This document shows, piece by piece, positions 9,790-20,454 of a stretch of DNA of 35,606 nucleotides. Origin of the DNA: Octopus bimaculoides (lineage: Eukaryota). Made by a program: the position numbers and the translations under genes. How positions within the stretch are numbered: position 1 is the stretch's first letter; every line of letters starts with the position of its first letter. Location: the NCBI RefSeq assembly GCF_001194135.2, contig NC_069008.1, forward strand, positions 7,961,690 through 7,997,295. The letters run 5' to 3'. The notes beneath the pieces were generated by a model, which saw only the letters and a list, made by a program, of their open reading frames with translations, did no database searches and was not told the DNA's origin.

Positions 9790-10690
9790 ATTCAAACCAC
9801 CATGTTTATAATACTGTACTTTCCAGCATCCAAGTCGAAATTTTCAGTCCAAAATTTACAGCCAAGAAAGGGACGTTGGCTTATATACCAAGATGACTTT
9901 AGAAGACCAAAAATTCCATGTGAAGTGCCAGAGGATTTGGAAAAATAGTGACAATGATTACACTACAGGATTACCCTATATACTCCAACTTGTATCCTAC
10001 AAAAAACAGTATTTCATCATCTTGATTAGTTTCTCAAGTAGAATATCCTATTTCTTCTAGCATACAAGTCAAATTTTGCAGAACAAAATTTAATCAAAGA
10101 AAGAATACTTTAAAGAAGTAAAAATCTTACGTGAAATGCCACAAGATTTGGAAAGATAGTGACGATATTTGAATGATTACATTACATGTTTACAACTTAC
10201 TTGTGTATTGGAAAATACAGTATTTCATCTATGCTTTGTATGTCTGTCCTCATTAGTTCCTCAAGTAGAACACTGGTTTTCCCAGCATACATGCTGAATT
10301 TTTCAGAACAGAATTTACAGCCAAAACACAGCATTTTGACTTCTACATCACGACAACAACTTTGCAGGACCAAAATTCTGATACGAAATGCAGCAGAATT
10401 TGGAAAGATAGTGACACTGCTTGAATGTTTACACTACCATATACCACATTGACTTGAATACTGGAAAAAAAACTGTATTTCACTTATAGTGTTTTCTATG
10501 TCTGTCAGGATTAGTTTCTCAAATAGAATACAGTTTTTTACCAGCAAACAAGTTGAATTTTTCACAAAATTTACATCCATAAAAAGGTATGTCAGCTAAA
10601 AAACCAAGATAACTTTGAAAGAACAAAGATTCCATGTGAAATGCAGCAGGATTTGGAAATGTAGTGACAATATTTGACTGTTAATGCTAC
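9790..10690. repeat. Old degenerate tandem repeat, unit of about 225-260 bp, 4 copies
   Basis: Anchor C[C/T]AGCA at 9823, 10057, 10282, 10541; anchor ATTTGGAAA..TAGTGAC at about 9934, 10145, 10397, 10650. Confidence 0.8.
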
Positions 10691-10694
10691 ACTA

Positions 10695-11085
10695 TATGTG
10701 CATGATTGTGTAAGACGTTTGCTTCCCAACTACATGGTTCTGGGTTCAGTCCCACAGTGCAGCACCTTGGGCAGGTGTCTTCTGCTATAACCTCAGGCTG
10801 ACCAAAACCTTGTGAGTGGATGTGGCAGACAGAAACTGAAAGAAGCCTGTTGTGTGTGTGTGTCTTTGTGTATGTGTTGTCCCTTACAACTGCTTGACGA
10901 CCAGTGTTGGTGTCTTTATGTCCCCACAACTTAACAGTTTGGCAAAAGAGACTGATAGAATAAGCATCAGGCTTTTTCAAGAAAGAAAAATAAATTGTGG
11001 GGTCAATTCATTTGACTAAAAAAAATTCTTCAAGATGGTGCCCCAGCATGGTCGCAGTCATATGACTGAAATAACTAAAAGATTA
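10695..11085 (+). mobile_element. SINE family A, full length (tRNA-like head, CCTTGGGCAGGTGTCTT core, internal (TG)n, tail)
   Basis: Colinear with 14652-15130, 21515-21932 and 22462-22824 (-). Confidence 0.85.
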
Positions 11086-11202
11086 AACATACATACTACA
11101 CTGACATACATGACAAAAAATACTTTAAAGTAGAAGCTAACATTGTAACATATAATCCAAGATATACTATGCCAAAAAGATGGGATGGTCATGGCTAGAA
11201 TG

Positions 11203-11363
11203 ACAGAGAACATAATAGACAGAGAACACCACTGGAAAATATGAAACTAAAAGAAGCAGCACATATGCTAGGACACAACAACCTCCTAAGCAGACTGAGT
11301 GCAGATATGAGTAGCATATGGGAACTGGTATTAAAGAAGGATAGGAAAATATTAGATTTATAA
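11203..11363 (+). pseudogene. C-terminal remnant of a Penelope-like element ORF (GIY-YIG endonuclease region)
   Basis: IIDREHHWKI(*)-[1-nt frameshift]-LKEAAHMLGHNNLLSRLSADMSSIWELVLKKDRKILDL* (stop 11361-11363); resembles the I.D.E..W..RKLKEA.H..L.R pattern that ends PLE GIY-YIG domains. Recognised from memory, not searched. Confidence 0.6.
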
Positions 11364-11391
11364 GCCCTAAAATTCACTCCATATTGCCCAC

Positions 11392-11466
11392 GGGCATATG
11401 GCGTAGTGGTTATGAATGCGGGCTACTAACCTCAAGATTCCAAGTTTGATTCTAGGCAGTGACCTG
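11392..11466 (+). promoter_or_regulatory. tRNA-like module with Pol III A and B boxes
   Basis: A box TGGCGTAGTGG (11399-11409); B box GTTTGATTC (11444-11452) inside a T-arm CCAAG-TTTGATT-CTAGG; D-stem GCGT/ATGC; 7-nt loop CTACTAA; acceptor stem degenerate. Confidence 0.75.
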
Positions 11467-11532
11467 AATAATAATAATAATAACATCAAAAAATACTTTA
11501 GGATTGAGAACCCAGGTTCGAAATTTCCCCAA

Positions 11533-11578
11533 GACACCGGATGAAGGCTGGAGGGTATATCAGCCGAAACGTTGTGTT
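11533..11578 (+). ncRNA. Minimal type-I hammerhead ribozyme motif (this copy has a U4G core change)
   Basis: GACAC-CgGATGA-A-GGCTG-(GAGGGTATAT)-CAGCC-GAAAC-GT-T-GTGTT: stem I GACAC/GTGTT, stem II GGCTG/CAGCC, loopless palindromic stem III AC/GT. Confidence 0.7.
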
Positions 11579-12109
11579 AACAACAAACAAGATGAGGACA
11601 AATGTCCATCAAATGTAAATAAAGTAGAATGGCTTTGATCGTATCTGCTGGATCATGGTCAATATGTGTTTAACCAACAAGAAGCTATGTGTTTCCCAAT
11701 GTAAGATGAGGCAGAATTTGCTGGTGTCAGCAAAAGTCAAATCAAATTTTGGCACAAGTCAGGGACTGATAGGGCAAGAGTGCAAGAGTGCACAGTTGAC
11801 TGAATCCATCACTGTAGAACACTGGTAACTATTTCAATAAAATCTCTGCCCTTCCAGCAAGATAAAAGTAATATTGACCACCACCAACTTTTGAACTCAA
11901 AACATAGCTAATACATATATATAAGTGACAGAGGCAGGTATTAATACTGAGATGATATTTATCCCCACTTAAACATGGGATGTTCTGTTAGAACGAACTA
12001 TACTGCTGCAGATGCCATGAGAGAAACTTTCATATTGGCTTTTGGTGCAAAGTGCACTCTTGTTTATATCGCTAGTAGGGAGATAAATCCCCACCACCTC
12101 CAACGCCGA

Positions 12110-12295
12110 AACCACCAAAATCATGTGATTTCAACCTTCCTTGGTCTTCAAAAACATGAGTGGTCACGGGGAAGTATTATCTTGCTTGGAAATAGGTGAG
12201 GGTTGGCAACTGAATGAGCATCAAGCTGTAAAATATCTGCCTCGATAAACTCAATAAGCGTGAAAAAGTGGACATTGGAAATGATGATTATGATA
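12110..12295 (+). mobile_element. Decayed RTE-tailed retroelement (C2)
   Basis: GGAAATAGGTGAGGGTTGGCAAC..GCATCAAGCTGTAAAA..GTGGACATT..ATGATGATTATGAT. Confidence 0.55.
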
Positions 12296-12329
12296 TCTTT
12301 CAACTGAGAGTTGGAATTGGGGAAAAAAT

Positions 12330-12682
12330 TGGTTTCTGAGTAGATAGACCTTTCAAAAGTCTGGGATCTGTACGAAAATTCAATTAACCCTTTAACCCTT
12401 TTGCTACCATATTTCTGTTGAGATACGTATTTCTTTCAATTAATTTTTAATATAATAAAGAATTTAGTAAAATAACTTAGTTATCATTAAGCTAGTGTTA
12501 GTAACATAAATGGTGGAAGATTTTAATTCAGAACTTTTGTAAACATGACAGAGCCAGAGGTGGCTTCAGCTAGGCTGATATAAAAAAATATGAATAAATA
12601 GGCATTGCTTTTGATGAAATAATCTGAATGCTAAGGGGTGAAATAAAAGAGATCCTTGACAGTGAAAAGGTTGAGAACCATT
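12330..12682. mobile_element. Nested MITE remnants: TTAA-type D/E chimera (about 12390-12640) inside an hAT-like MITE whose right TIR is GGTTGAGAACCATT
   Basis: TTAACCCTTTAACCCTTTTGCTACC start; family E-type end AATCTGAATGCTAAGGGG; hAT-like TIR at about 12669-12682. Confidence 0.5.
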
Positions 12683-12689
12683 ACTCTGT

Positions 12690-13030
12690 CATCATCATCA
12701 TCATCATTTAAGGTCCATTATCCATGCTGGCATGGGTTGGATGGTGTGACCAGAGCTGGCAAGCTAGAGAGCTGCACCAGGTTCCAGTCTGATTTGGTTT
12801 GGTTTCTACAGCTGGATGCCCTTCCTAATGCCAACCATTTTACAGAGTGTGCTAGGTGCTTTTATGTGGCACTGCATGGGTACTTCTATGTGGCCACATG
12901 GGCACTTTTCTTGGCTTCATGCTCCAGTGTCTATTGTCTTTTTTGGCATGGTTTCTACAGCTGGATGCCCTTTCTAATGCCAACCACTTTACAACATGTA
13001 GTGGGAGCTTTTCTCGTGTCACCAGCACTA
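12690..13030 (-). mobile_element. RTE-tailed retroelement (C1) with an internal duplication of the TTTCTACAGCTGGATGCCCTT module
   Basis: (CAT)n, CCATGCTGGCATGGGTTGG; the module occurs twice, at about 12802-12845 and 12950-12992. Confidence 0.8.
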
Positions 13031-13247
13031 GTGAAGTTGTTATGCAGCTTGCAAGACTACAAACTCAAAAGGGGCAAATTTAAGCTAGGAGAAAATGTGA
13101 AGAGAAAGGAAAAGAATAAGAGAAAAGAGTTCAAAGCAGGATGGATATTTTGTTGTACAGGAACTACACGGTTACTCATATTTAAGAGAGGGTAGCTATG
13201 ATCAGGTGGAACTAGAAAGCAATCATATCCCAGCACTTGCCTCATTA

Positions 13248-13480
13248 TGGAGGCTTAGTGGTTAGGGTGATGGACTCATGAATGTAAGATCGTGGTTTCG
13301 ATTCCTGAACCAAGCAACGCATTGTGTTTTTGAGCAAAACACTTCATTTCACATTGCTCCAGTCCACTCAGCTGGCAAAACTGAGTAATCCTATGATGGA
13401 CTGGCATCCTGTCCAGGTGGTCAATATAAACTGAAAAACTAGCCCTTATGAGTTAGTACGACTAGAGAAGGTAGTTTTAC
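13248..13480 (+). mobile_element. SINE family B, tail type 3
   Basis: TAGTGGTTAG, GGTTTCGATTCC, family B core, then GTAATCCTATGATGGACTGGCATCCTGTCCAGG; matches 14165-14368. Confidence 0.8.
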
Positions 13481-13774
13481 TTTTTTTTACTTGCTTCATT
13501 TCTTAAATAACATTATTATTATTATTATTATTATTATAGCTGGGTAGCAAATAATGATGGATCGAGATCCAGTTCAGGGTTGCACACATAGCCATCTTTG
13601 CTTGATCTTCTTGCTAACTTTCGGCTGGTATCCATAAAGGCATTCATTTATCATTGTTGCCATTCACACTTAGAGTCATTCATAGCATCCACATAGCCAT
13701 CACTGATTCAACAGTTGCAATGAAGAGCTTGATTTTAATTTGCCTGAGCAATATCTGCCATTATAACCTTCGTG

Positions 13775-14040
13775 GTACTTATTCTTTTGGCCTCTTTTGC
13801 CAAACTGCTAGGTTACAGGGACGTAAACACACCAACATCGGTTGTCAAACAGTGGTGGGAAACAAAAACACACACACATATATGATGTGCTTCTTTCAGC
13901 TTTTGTCTACCAAACCCAGTCTCAAGGCATGGTCTGCTTGAACCTGTAGTAGAAGACATTTGGCCAAGTTGCCATGCAGTGAGACTGAACCCAGAAGCAT
14001 GTGGTAGGGAAGCAAGCTTCTTACCACACAGCCACACCTT
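13775..14040 (-). mobile_element. SINE family A, 3'-incomplete
   Basis: Reverse complement of the head, internal (TG)n and part of the tail. Confidence 0.8.
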
Positions 14041-14164
14041 GGATTTTATAAGAGAAAGGATTATAAAGTAGCAAACTCTGTGTGTGTGTGTGTGCGCGCA
14101 CACATGTGTGTCCCCGGACAAATGTTTATANNNNNNNNNNCGGACAAATGTTTATATTCCATGC

Positions 14165-14368
14165 TTCACATGGTGGAGGTGTGTGGCTTCCTGGACTGGG
14201 CAGCACATTGTGTACTTTAGCAAAACACTTCATTTCATGTTGCTCCAGTCCACTCAGCTGTCAAAACTGAGTAATCCTGTGACAGACCGGTGCCCCGTCC
14301 AGGTGGGGAATATATACACAATAGAACCGGCTCTTATGAGTCAGTATGACTCAAGAAGGTAACTTTAC
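14165..14368 (+). mobile_element. SINE family B, tail type 3
   Basis: CTTTAGCAAAACACTTCATTTCATGTTGCTCCAGTCCACTCAGCTG is shared with 13248-13480. Confidence 0.75.
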
Positions 14369-14651
14369 CTATGTTTCACATGCAAATGTACTGAATTGTG
14401 AAGTTAGTTGACAATTCCCTGCAAAAAAAAAAAAAACTGTCCAAAATCCATTTTTTGAAATACAAGTAAGGATTAATCACAAGACAGTCATTTGATTGGA
14501 CAACAATACCTCAATAATTATGTATTCACCTAACCCAGGCAAGCATAGAAAAACAAATGTAAAGAGGAACAAATCCAAAAATTTAATGCTTTTATGGGTC
14601 AATGAGTTTTCGATGGCTTTTATGTCATGGTCTATTTAATTGTTGCTTATA

Positions 14652-14813
14652 TAGGCACAGGTGTGGCTGTGTAGTAAGAAGCTTGCTTCTCAACCACATG
14701 GTTCTGGGTTCAGTCTCACAGCATAGCACCTTAGCCAAGTGTCTTTTATACTTCAAGTAGACTGTACCTTGAGAGTGGGTTTGCTAGACAAAAATTGAAA
14801 GAAGCCCATCATA

Positions 14814-14862
<49 letters not shown>

Positions 14863-14876
14863 NNNNNNNNNNCATA

Positions 14877-14953
<77 letters not shown>

Positions 14954-15130
14954 CCACCACTGTTTGACAACCAATGCTGGTGTGTTTACGTCTCTGTAAC
15001 TTAGCAGTTTGGCAAAAGAAACCAAAAGAATAAGTGCCAGGCTGAGCAAAAACAAAAAGCTCTGGGGTTGATTCAGTCAACTAATAACTCTTCAAAGCAG
15101 TGCCCATAAAAGATAAAAAGCTAAAGATAA
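14652..15130 (+). mobile_element. SINE family A with an expanded internal (GA)n(GT)n and an assembly gap
   Basis: Head 14652-14810, microsatellite 14817-14950, tail to about 15130. Confidence 0.85.
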
Positions 15131-15326
15131 GTATTGCCAGTGATAGAAATGGAGTCGGGGAGAGGTGAGGCATGAGGATATTTTGTTATGAAAAGATATG
15201 AAGCACTTATGAGTCATGAACAAATGTAAAAAGTGTTGAAAAGTAGGCCATTACATGAAGTTGCTGATCCATTATCTTGATGATAGGTTCATGACAGATA
15301 GAGATCGTGTAGTCCTGATGTCTTCG

Positions 15327-15592
15327 TCATCATCATCATTTTAACGCCCAATTTCTTTCCATGCTTGCATGGGTTGAACAGAATTTAGTTGAGGCCGACT
15401 TTTTACAGCCAGATGCCCCTTCTGTTGTCAATCACCAACCTTCAACAGTTTCCAAGGGGGAAGGGATATTTCCCCATGTCCAGATATGTTTATGGAAAAA
15501 CGGAAACAAAGGACACTGCTTACATGATGATGGTGCCCACATAACTATTACATGATATCATGGCAAGGAGACAAAAACACACACACACACAT
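15327..15592 (-). mobile_element. RTE-tailed retroelement (C2)
   Basis: (CAT)n TTTAACG..TTTCCATGCTTGCATGGGTTG..TTTTACAGCCAGATGCCC. Confidence 0.7.
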
Positions 15593-16143
15593 GTCACCAA
15601 GAGTCGAATAAAAAAAAGAAAAATAGCTTTTCCTAGATTATATTTCTTCTTAACATTCTTTTTATATGCATTTGTGAACTGGAAATATTTCCTTACTTCA
15701 CTGAATTTCACTAAATTTGGAACACCTTGGAAAGGTTCTGCTACTTTATATTTTCAGATATATTCACCATATATATATATATACATATATACACACATAT
15801 ATATATCTACATATATACACACATATATATATATNNNNNNNNNNNNNNNNNNNNNNNNNNNNNNNNNNNNNNNNNNNNNNNNNNNNNNNNNNNNNNNNNN
15901 NNNNNNNNNNNNNNNNNNNNNNNNNNNNNNNNNNTATATACATATATACACACACACACACACAGGCATGGCTGTGTGGTAAGAAGCTTGCTTCGCAACC
16001 ACATGGTTCTAGGTTCAATCCCACTGCAAATGCCACGCAATAGGATTGAACCTGATACTGTGGATGGGAAGCCACTTTATAACAACACAACCACAAGCAA
16101 TTCTATTTCTAGGGACAAAATATCGGTACATTTTTGGACTTAC

Positions 16144-16179
16144 CATGTTTCTATGAGAGAAGATATTTCTTAGAAACAA
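16144..16179 (-). other. Candidate 36-nt exon ending in ATG
   Basis: Minus strand TTTTCAG|TTGTTTCTAAGAAATATCTTCTCTCATAGAAACATG|GTAAGT, in non-repeat sequence. Motif evidence only. Confidence 0.3.
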
Positions 16180-16378
16180 CTGAAAATTTAAGAATCTAAA
16201 ATGGTAATAAACTGAAAATTCAGTTTTTCTTGTTTGTTTTAAATTAACTTTCGTTCTATAGAAATACTTCAAGGAATTTTGTGAATGCAATGTTTCATGT
16301 TAAATTCACGTAAACTTTATATCCAAACAATACTTTGCTACCATATTTTCATAAAAACATAAGGTCTTTGTTTCAATT

Positions 16379-16860
16379 CATCATCATCATCATCGTTTAA
16401 CGTCCACCTTCCATGCTAGCATGGGTTGGACGATTTGACTGAGGACTGGTAAAACCGGATGGCAACACCAGGCTCCAATCTAATTTGGCAGAGTTTCTAC
16501 AGCTGGATGCCCTTCCTAACGCCAACCACTCAGAGAGTGTAATGGGTGCTTTTACGTGTCACCCGCACGAAAACGGCCACGCTCGAAATGGTGTCTTTTA
16601 CGTGCCACCTGCACAAGAGCCAGTCCAGGGGCACCGGCAACGATCTCGCTCGAAAAACCTCATGTGTCACTCGCACAAGAGCTAGTCCATGGGCACTGGC
16701 AACGATCTCGCATGAAAGATATCATGTGTCGCCCGCACATGAGCCAGTCCAGGGGCACTGGCAACGATCCCGCTCGAAAGATTTCATGTGTCGCCCGCAC
16801 ATGAGCCAGTCCGGGGGGGGGGGCACTGGCAAACGATCCCGCTCGAAAAAGCCTCATGTG
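16379..16860 (-). mobile_element. Young RTE-tailed retroelement (C1) with 4 copies of a 58-60-bp VNTR unit
   Basis: Near-identical to 35378-35606; unit CATGTGTCGCCCGCACATGAGCCAGTCCAGGGGCACTGGCAACGATCCCGCTCGAAAGATTT at about 16590-16860. Confidence 0.9.
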
Positions 16861-16915
16861 TTTGAAAATAACAAAAGATATAGAAAATAACTTTGTCATT
16901 ATTAAGCTGATGTCT

Positions 16916-17110
16916 ATGGTGGTGAACTAGCAGAATTGTTAGCATGCTAAGCAATTATGCTTGGCAGCATTTCGTCTGACTTTATATTCTACCAAGGTTG
17001 ACTTACATTCTGTTGGGATCGATAAAATAAGTACCTGTTGAGCACCGGGGTTGATGTAGTCAACTAGTCCCCACCCCAATTGCTGGCATTGTGCCAAAAT
17101 GGGAAATCAT
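16916..17110 (+). mobile_element. SINE family M, internally deleted
   Basis: GGTGAACTAGCAGAATTGTTAGC head; GATCGATAAAATAAGTACC..GGGGTTGATGTAGTCAACT core. Confidence 0.7.
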
Positions 17111-17161
17111 TAAGACGGGTGTTTGAAACAAACTCACATGAAATTTTGATAAAATATCTTC

Positions 17162-17339
17162 AAGTTAAACTGGCCAAACACAGCTTCTCACACCTGCTCT
17201 ATAATCTCTTACAATATCATTCTAAAAATAAAGTATTACATCATCAAAATCTTAAAACTTCAAGATAATGCAAGATTAATTGAATACAATGTAAATAAAT
17301 AAGAATTACATTTGACAAGATAATCTTAATGCTAAAGGG
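17162..17339. mobile_element. TTAA-type MITE family E (right part)
   Basis: Ends AATGCTAAAGGG followed by TTAA. Confidence 0.7.
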
Positions 17340-17372
17340 TTAAATTCCGCTGAACAGTTTGTACCTTTAGGT

Positions 17373-17669
17373 CAGTGGTTCTCAACCAGGGTCCATGCAA
17401 ACAAAATAGTAAAATCAGGGATCTGCAGTAGTATTTTAAGGGTCCATGAAAAATGTTAATTTGGGTGTATTTATTGCAAGAAACCACTAAGTTTCTTTCT
17501 CCAACGTTTTACGTAGTGTAATCAACTCGAGTTAATGTATGAAAATCAAAATAGGGATTTCAGAAGAAATATCTGTAAAATTAGTTTTGAAACATCGAAT
17601 GGTTTTGGGGTCCACCAGAATAGAATAATAATCAAAGGGGTCCATAGGCAAAATATGGTTGCGAACCAG
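17373..17669. mobile_element. hAT (Charlie-like) MITE, inverted relative to 8658-8946
   Basis: TIRs CAGTGGTTCTCAACC / GGTTGCGAACCAG; 8-bp TSD CTTTAGGT / TTTTAGAT (6/8); shares AAAGGGGTCCATAGG with the other copy. Confidence 0.8.
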
Positions 17670-17717
17670 TTTTAGATTGTACCTACCAAGTAAAAACAGA
17701 GATACTTTTGAGTATCA

Positions 17718-17868
17718 GCGCTGGTATGTTTATGTTCCTGTAACTTAGCGGTTTGGCCTAAGACACCAATAGAATAAATAGCAAGCTTTAAAAAAAATGT
17801 ACTGGGGTTGATTTGTCCAACTGCCCCAGCATGGCCACAATCAAATGACTGAAACAAAGTAAAAAGAA
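17718..17868 (+). mobile_element. SINE family A, tail half
   Basis: GTAACTTAGCGGTTTGG..ACTGGGGTTGATTTG..GCCCCAGCATGGCCACAATCAAATGACTGAAACAAG. Confidence 0.75.
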
Positions 17869-18567
17869 ATACAATTGTGCCTGTACTGAAATGTAGATTG
17901 GGGATACATCTAATGTGGCAATGAGTATTTTATGTCATCCAATATGGATATATGTTTGGGTTGGTGGTAGGGCAATGGATCATTAAGCAATCTAAATGGA
18001 AGAAACCCGTGTCGAAGAAAGGCTGAGGAAATCAAGGAGATGACAAAGGCCCACAAGTGGCAAAGCACTGTGCTAGAAAAAGGCTTGTACAATCCTTATA
18101 AGTGCAGAAAAGAGATGTAAAAATAATAAAGATGATGCTAATGTTTCATCCTGGGAGATGAGGTGACTAGCCTGATGAATTATGATCCTATTAACCTAAA
18201 ACAAACTGGTCTCAACTTAGAATTATCACAGTATGAGAAGACGTAATAAAAACAAGGTTTTATAACACAGCTATATCACCAGTTTCCCAAGGGAGAAATG
18301 AACTGAGTAAAACAAACTGAACAAATCTGTACCTGGCTGCTCACTCATTCTGCAAGATAGAGCAGCTAACTACTCCCAAATGACAACTTACCAGCTGAAG
18401 AAAATGAAGGATAAATTGGACAAATTTTGGAAAGTGGGATACATTCAGTTATATCAACAACCAGTAATTAATCCTTTGAATACAGAAAGTGGTTTAACTC
18501 CACAGCTTTCCAAAAAACTCCACTGAGGTTTTCCTTATAAAAGACAATTTTTTTAGATTTTCACTCC

Positions 18568-19188
18568 CAGCTGCATAGTTCCAGGTTCAGTTCCACCGCA
18601 TAGCACCTTGGGCAAGTGGCTTCTACTATGGCTCAGGCCAACCAAAGACTAATTAGTGGATTTGGTAGATGGAAACTGAAAGAAGCCCATCATATGTATC
18701 TATAAATATATATATATAATATATACACTAAATAGTAATATAAACAGCTACAGGCAATGCAATACCATAATAGCCACTAACTATGACTAAGGGTGCCAAA
18801 CCACCTACATTGCTAGCAATAAGAGTTAAAATACTCTTAATGCTGTAAAAAGAGCACACTAGATACACATACTATATGTATACACACACACACACACAAA
18901 ATACTCTTAATGCTGTAAGAAGAGCACAATATATACATATATACACACACACACACACACATATCTGTGTGTGTGACTATGTGTCTGTCTCCCATCACTG
19001 CTTGACAACTGGTGTTGGTGTGTTTATGTCCTTGTAACTTAGTGGCTTGGTAAAAGAGGCCAACAGAAAAAATACTAGGCTTTAAAAGAAAAAAGGGACT
19101 GGGGTTGATCTGTTCGATTATATTTCTTCAAGGTGGTGCCCCAGCATTGTTGCAGTCTGATGACTCAAACAAGTAAAAATTAAAAGAT
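18568..19188 (+). mobile_element. SINE family A split at its microsatellite by about 260 bp that include a 30-bp direct duplication
   Basis: Head 18568-18700, tail 18965-19188; AAATACTCTTAATGCTGTAA(A/G)AAGAGCACA at 18829 and 18899. Confidence 0.7.
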
Positions 19189-19283
19189 ATATTTCGTCAA
19201 ATATCTCTTTATGGAGCAAGAATCAAATACTTTTCGGAGTGGATATGAAAACTGTGCCTACAGGGGATACTGTAAAAGTATAA

Positions 19284-19513
19284 CTGGCATTCTGTCGGTG
19301 ATGACGACAAGGGTTCCAGTTGATCTGATCAATGGAACAGCCTGCTCATGAAATTAACATGCAAGTGGTTGAGCACTCCTTAGACATATGTACCCTTAAC
19401 ATAGTTCTCAGAGAGATTCAACGTGACAAAGCTGGCCCTTTGAATTACAGGTACAACTCAGTTTCACTAGCTGAGTGAACTGGAGTAATGTGAAATAAAG
19501 TGTTTTGCTCAAG
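19284..19513 (-). mobile_element. SINE family B, tail type 1, head truncated
   Basis: Reverse complement of the body of 460-783. Confidence 0.8.
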
Positions 19514-19853
19514 TATTACCGAAGCAGAATATAAGAATTCTAATTTTTGGCAGCTAATTAACATCATTAGACGAATGACCATGGAATTTAATTATGCAGT
19601 CATAGGATTACCTGATACTTCCTTTTATCATAAACTCAAGGTACAAGGAAAAGCAAGATATAGTCATCTCTGGCTGGATTTGAACTCTATGTAAAAGTAC
19701 ATAAATATCCAAAAGACATTTTGCTCAGTGCTCTACCAATTCAATTCCCCATCATCATTATAAAAATAATAATCGTTTTCTAACACACAGCCAGGGACTT
19801 GGTGGAGATGAACAGTTTATTATATCAAAACAAGGACATGACTAGTACTTTTG

Positions 19854-20045
19854 TCATCATCTTCATTTAACATTCATTTTCCAGGCTGGCATGGGTTGGA
19901 CAGTCTGACAAAGAAGCTGGGCAGCTGAAGATCTGCCTGGGCTCCATGTCTGTCTTGGCATGGTTTCTAAGGCTGGATGCTCTTCCTAATGCTGCCAAAC
20001 ACTTTACAGAGAGTACCAGGCACTTTTATGTGGCACCAGCACCCA
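19854..20045 (-). mobile_element. RTE-tailed retroelement (C1), older copy
   Basis: GGCTGGCATGGGTTGGAC..GGTTTCTAAGGCTGGATGCTCTTCCTAATG. Confidence 0.75.
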
Positions 20046-20229
20046 TGAGTCCACAAGGTTAGGATCACTCAGCTGAGGAGGAATGTAGGGGACATGCCTG
20101 CATGCAAGAAACACAAGAAGACAACAAAGTTGACCATGGCAGAATTTGAACTCTGGACTTAAAAACCAGAAATAATGATAACTTGTAACAGCACAAGGTC
20201 AAATATTTCTAGGAGTGGACATGATAGAA

Positions 20230-20263
<34 letters not shown>

Positions 20264-20283
20264 ATCCGTGATGCATCAGTAAT

Positions 20284-20450
20284 CCTTTAGCATTTAAACA
20301 GGCCATATCCAGCAAAAATATTTTACCTATTTTATCTTCAAACTGGCCAGATTTGGCTTCTCGCACCAACCCTACAATGTTATTCTAAAAATTAACTGGT
20401 GCCTCAAGAAAATCTCACTGCTACAAGATAAAGCATGATTAATCCAAAAC
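20284..20450. mobile_element. TTAA-type MITE family E (left part)
   Basis: CCTTTAGCATTTAAACAGGCCATATCC start. Confidence 0.7.
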
Positions 20451-20454
20451 AGTT

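Noticed and set aside
11392-11466. Functional tRNA gene
   Set aside because: Acceptor and anticodon stems are broken, the B box is mutated and there is no oligo-T terminator; it is embedded in a repeat.
16590-16860. VNTR unit as an HDV-like ribozyme or as a CRISPR-like array
   Set aside because: I could not build the nested P1/P1.1/P2/P3 pseudoknot on the element's sense strand. The repeats are contiguous with no unique spacers, and the context is eukaryotic with no cas genes.
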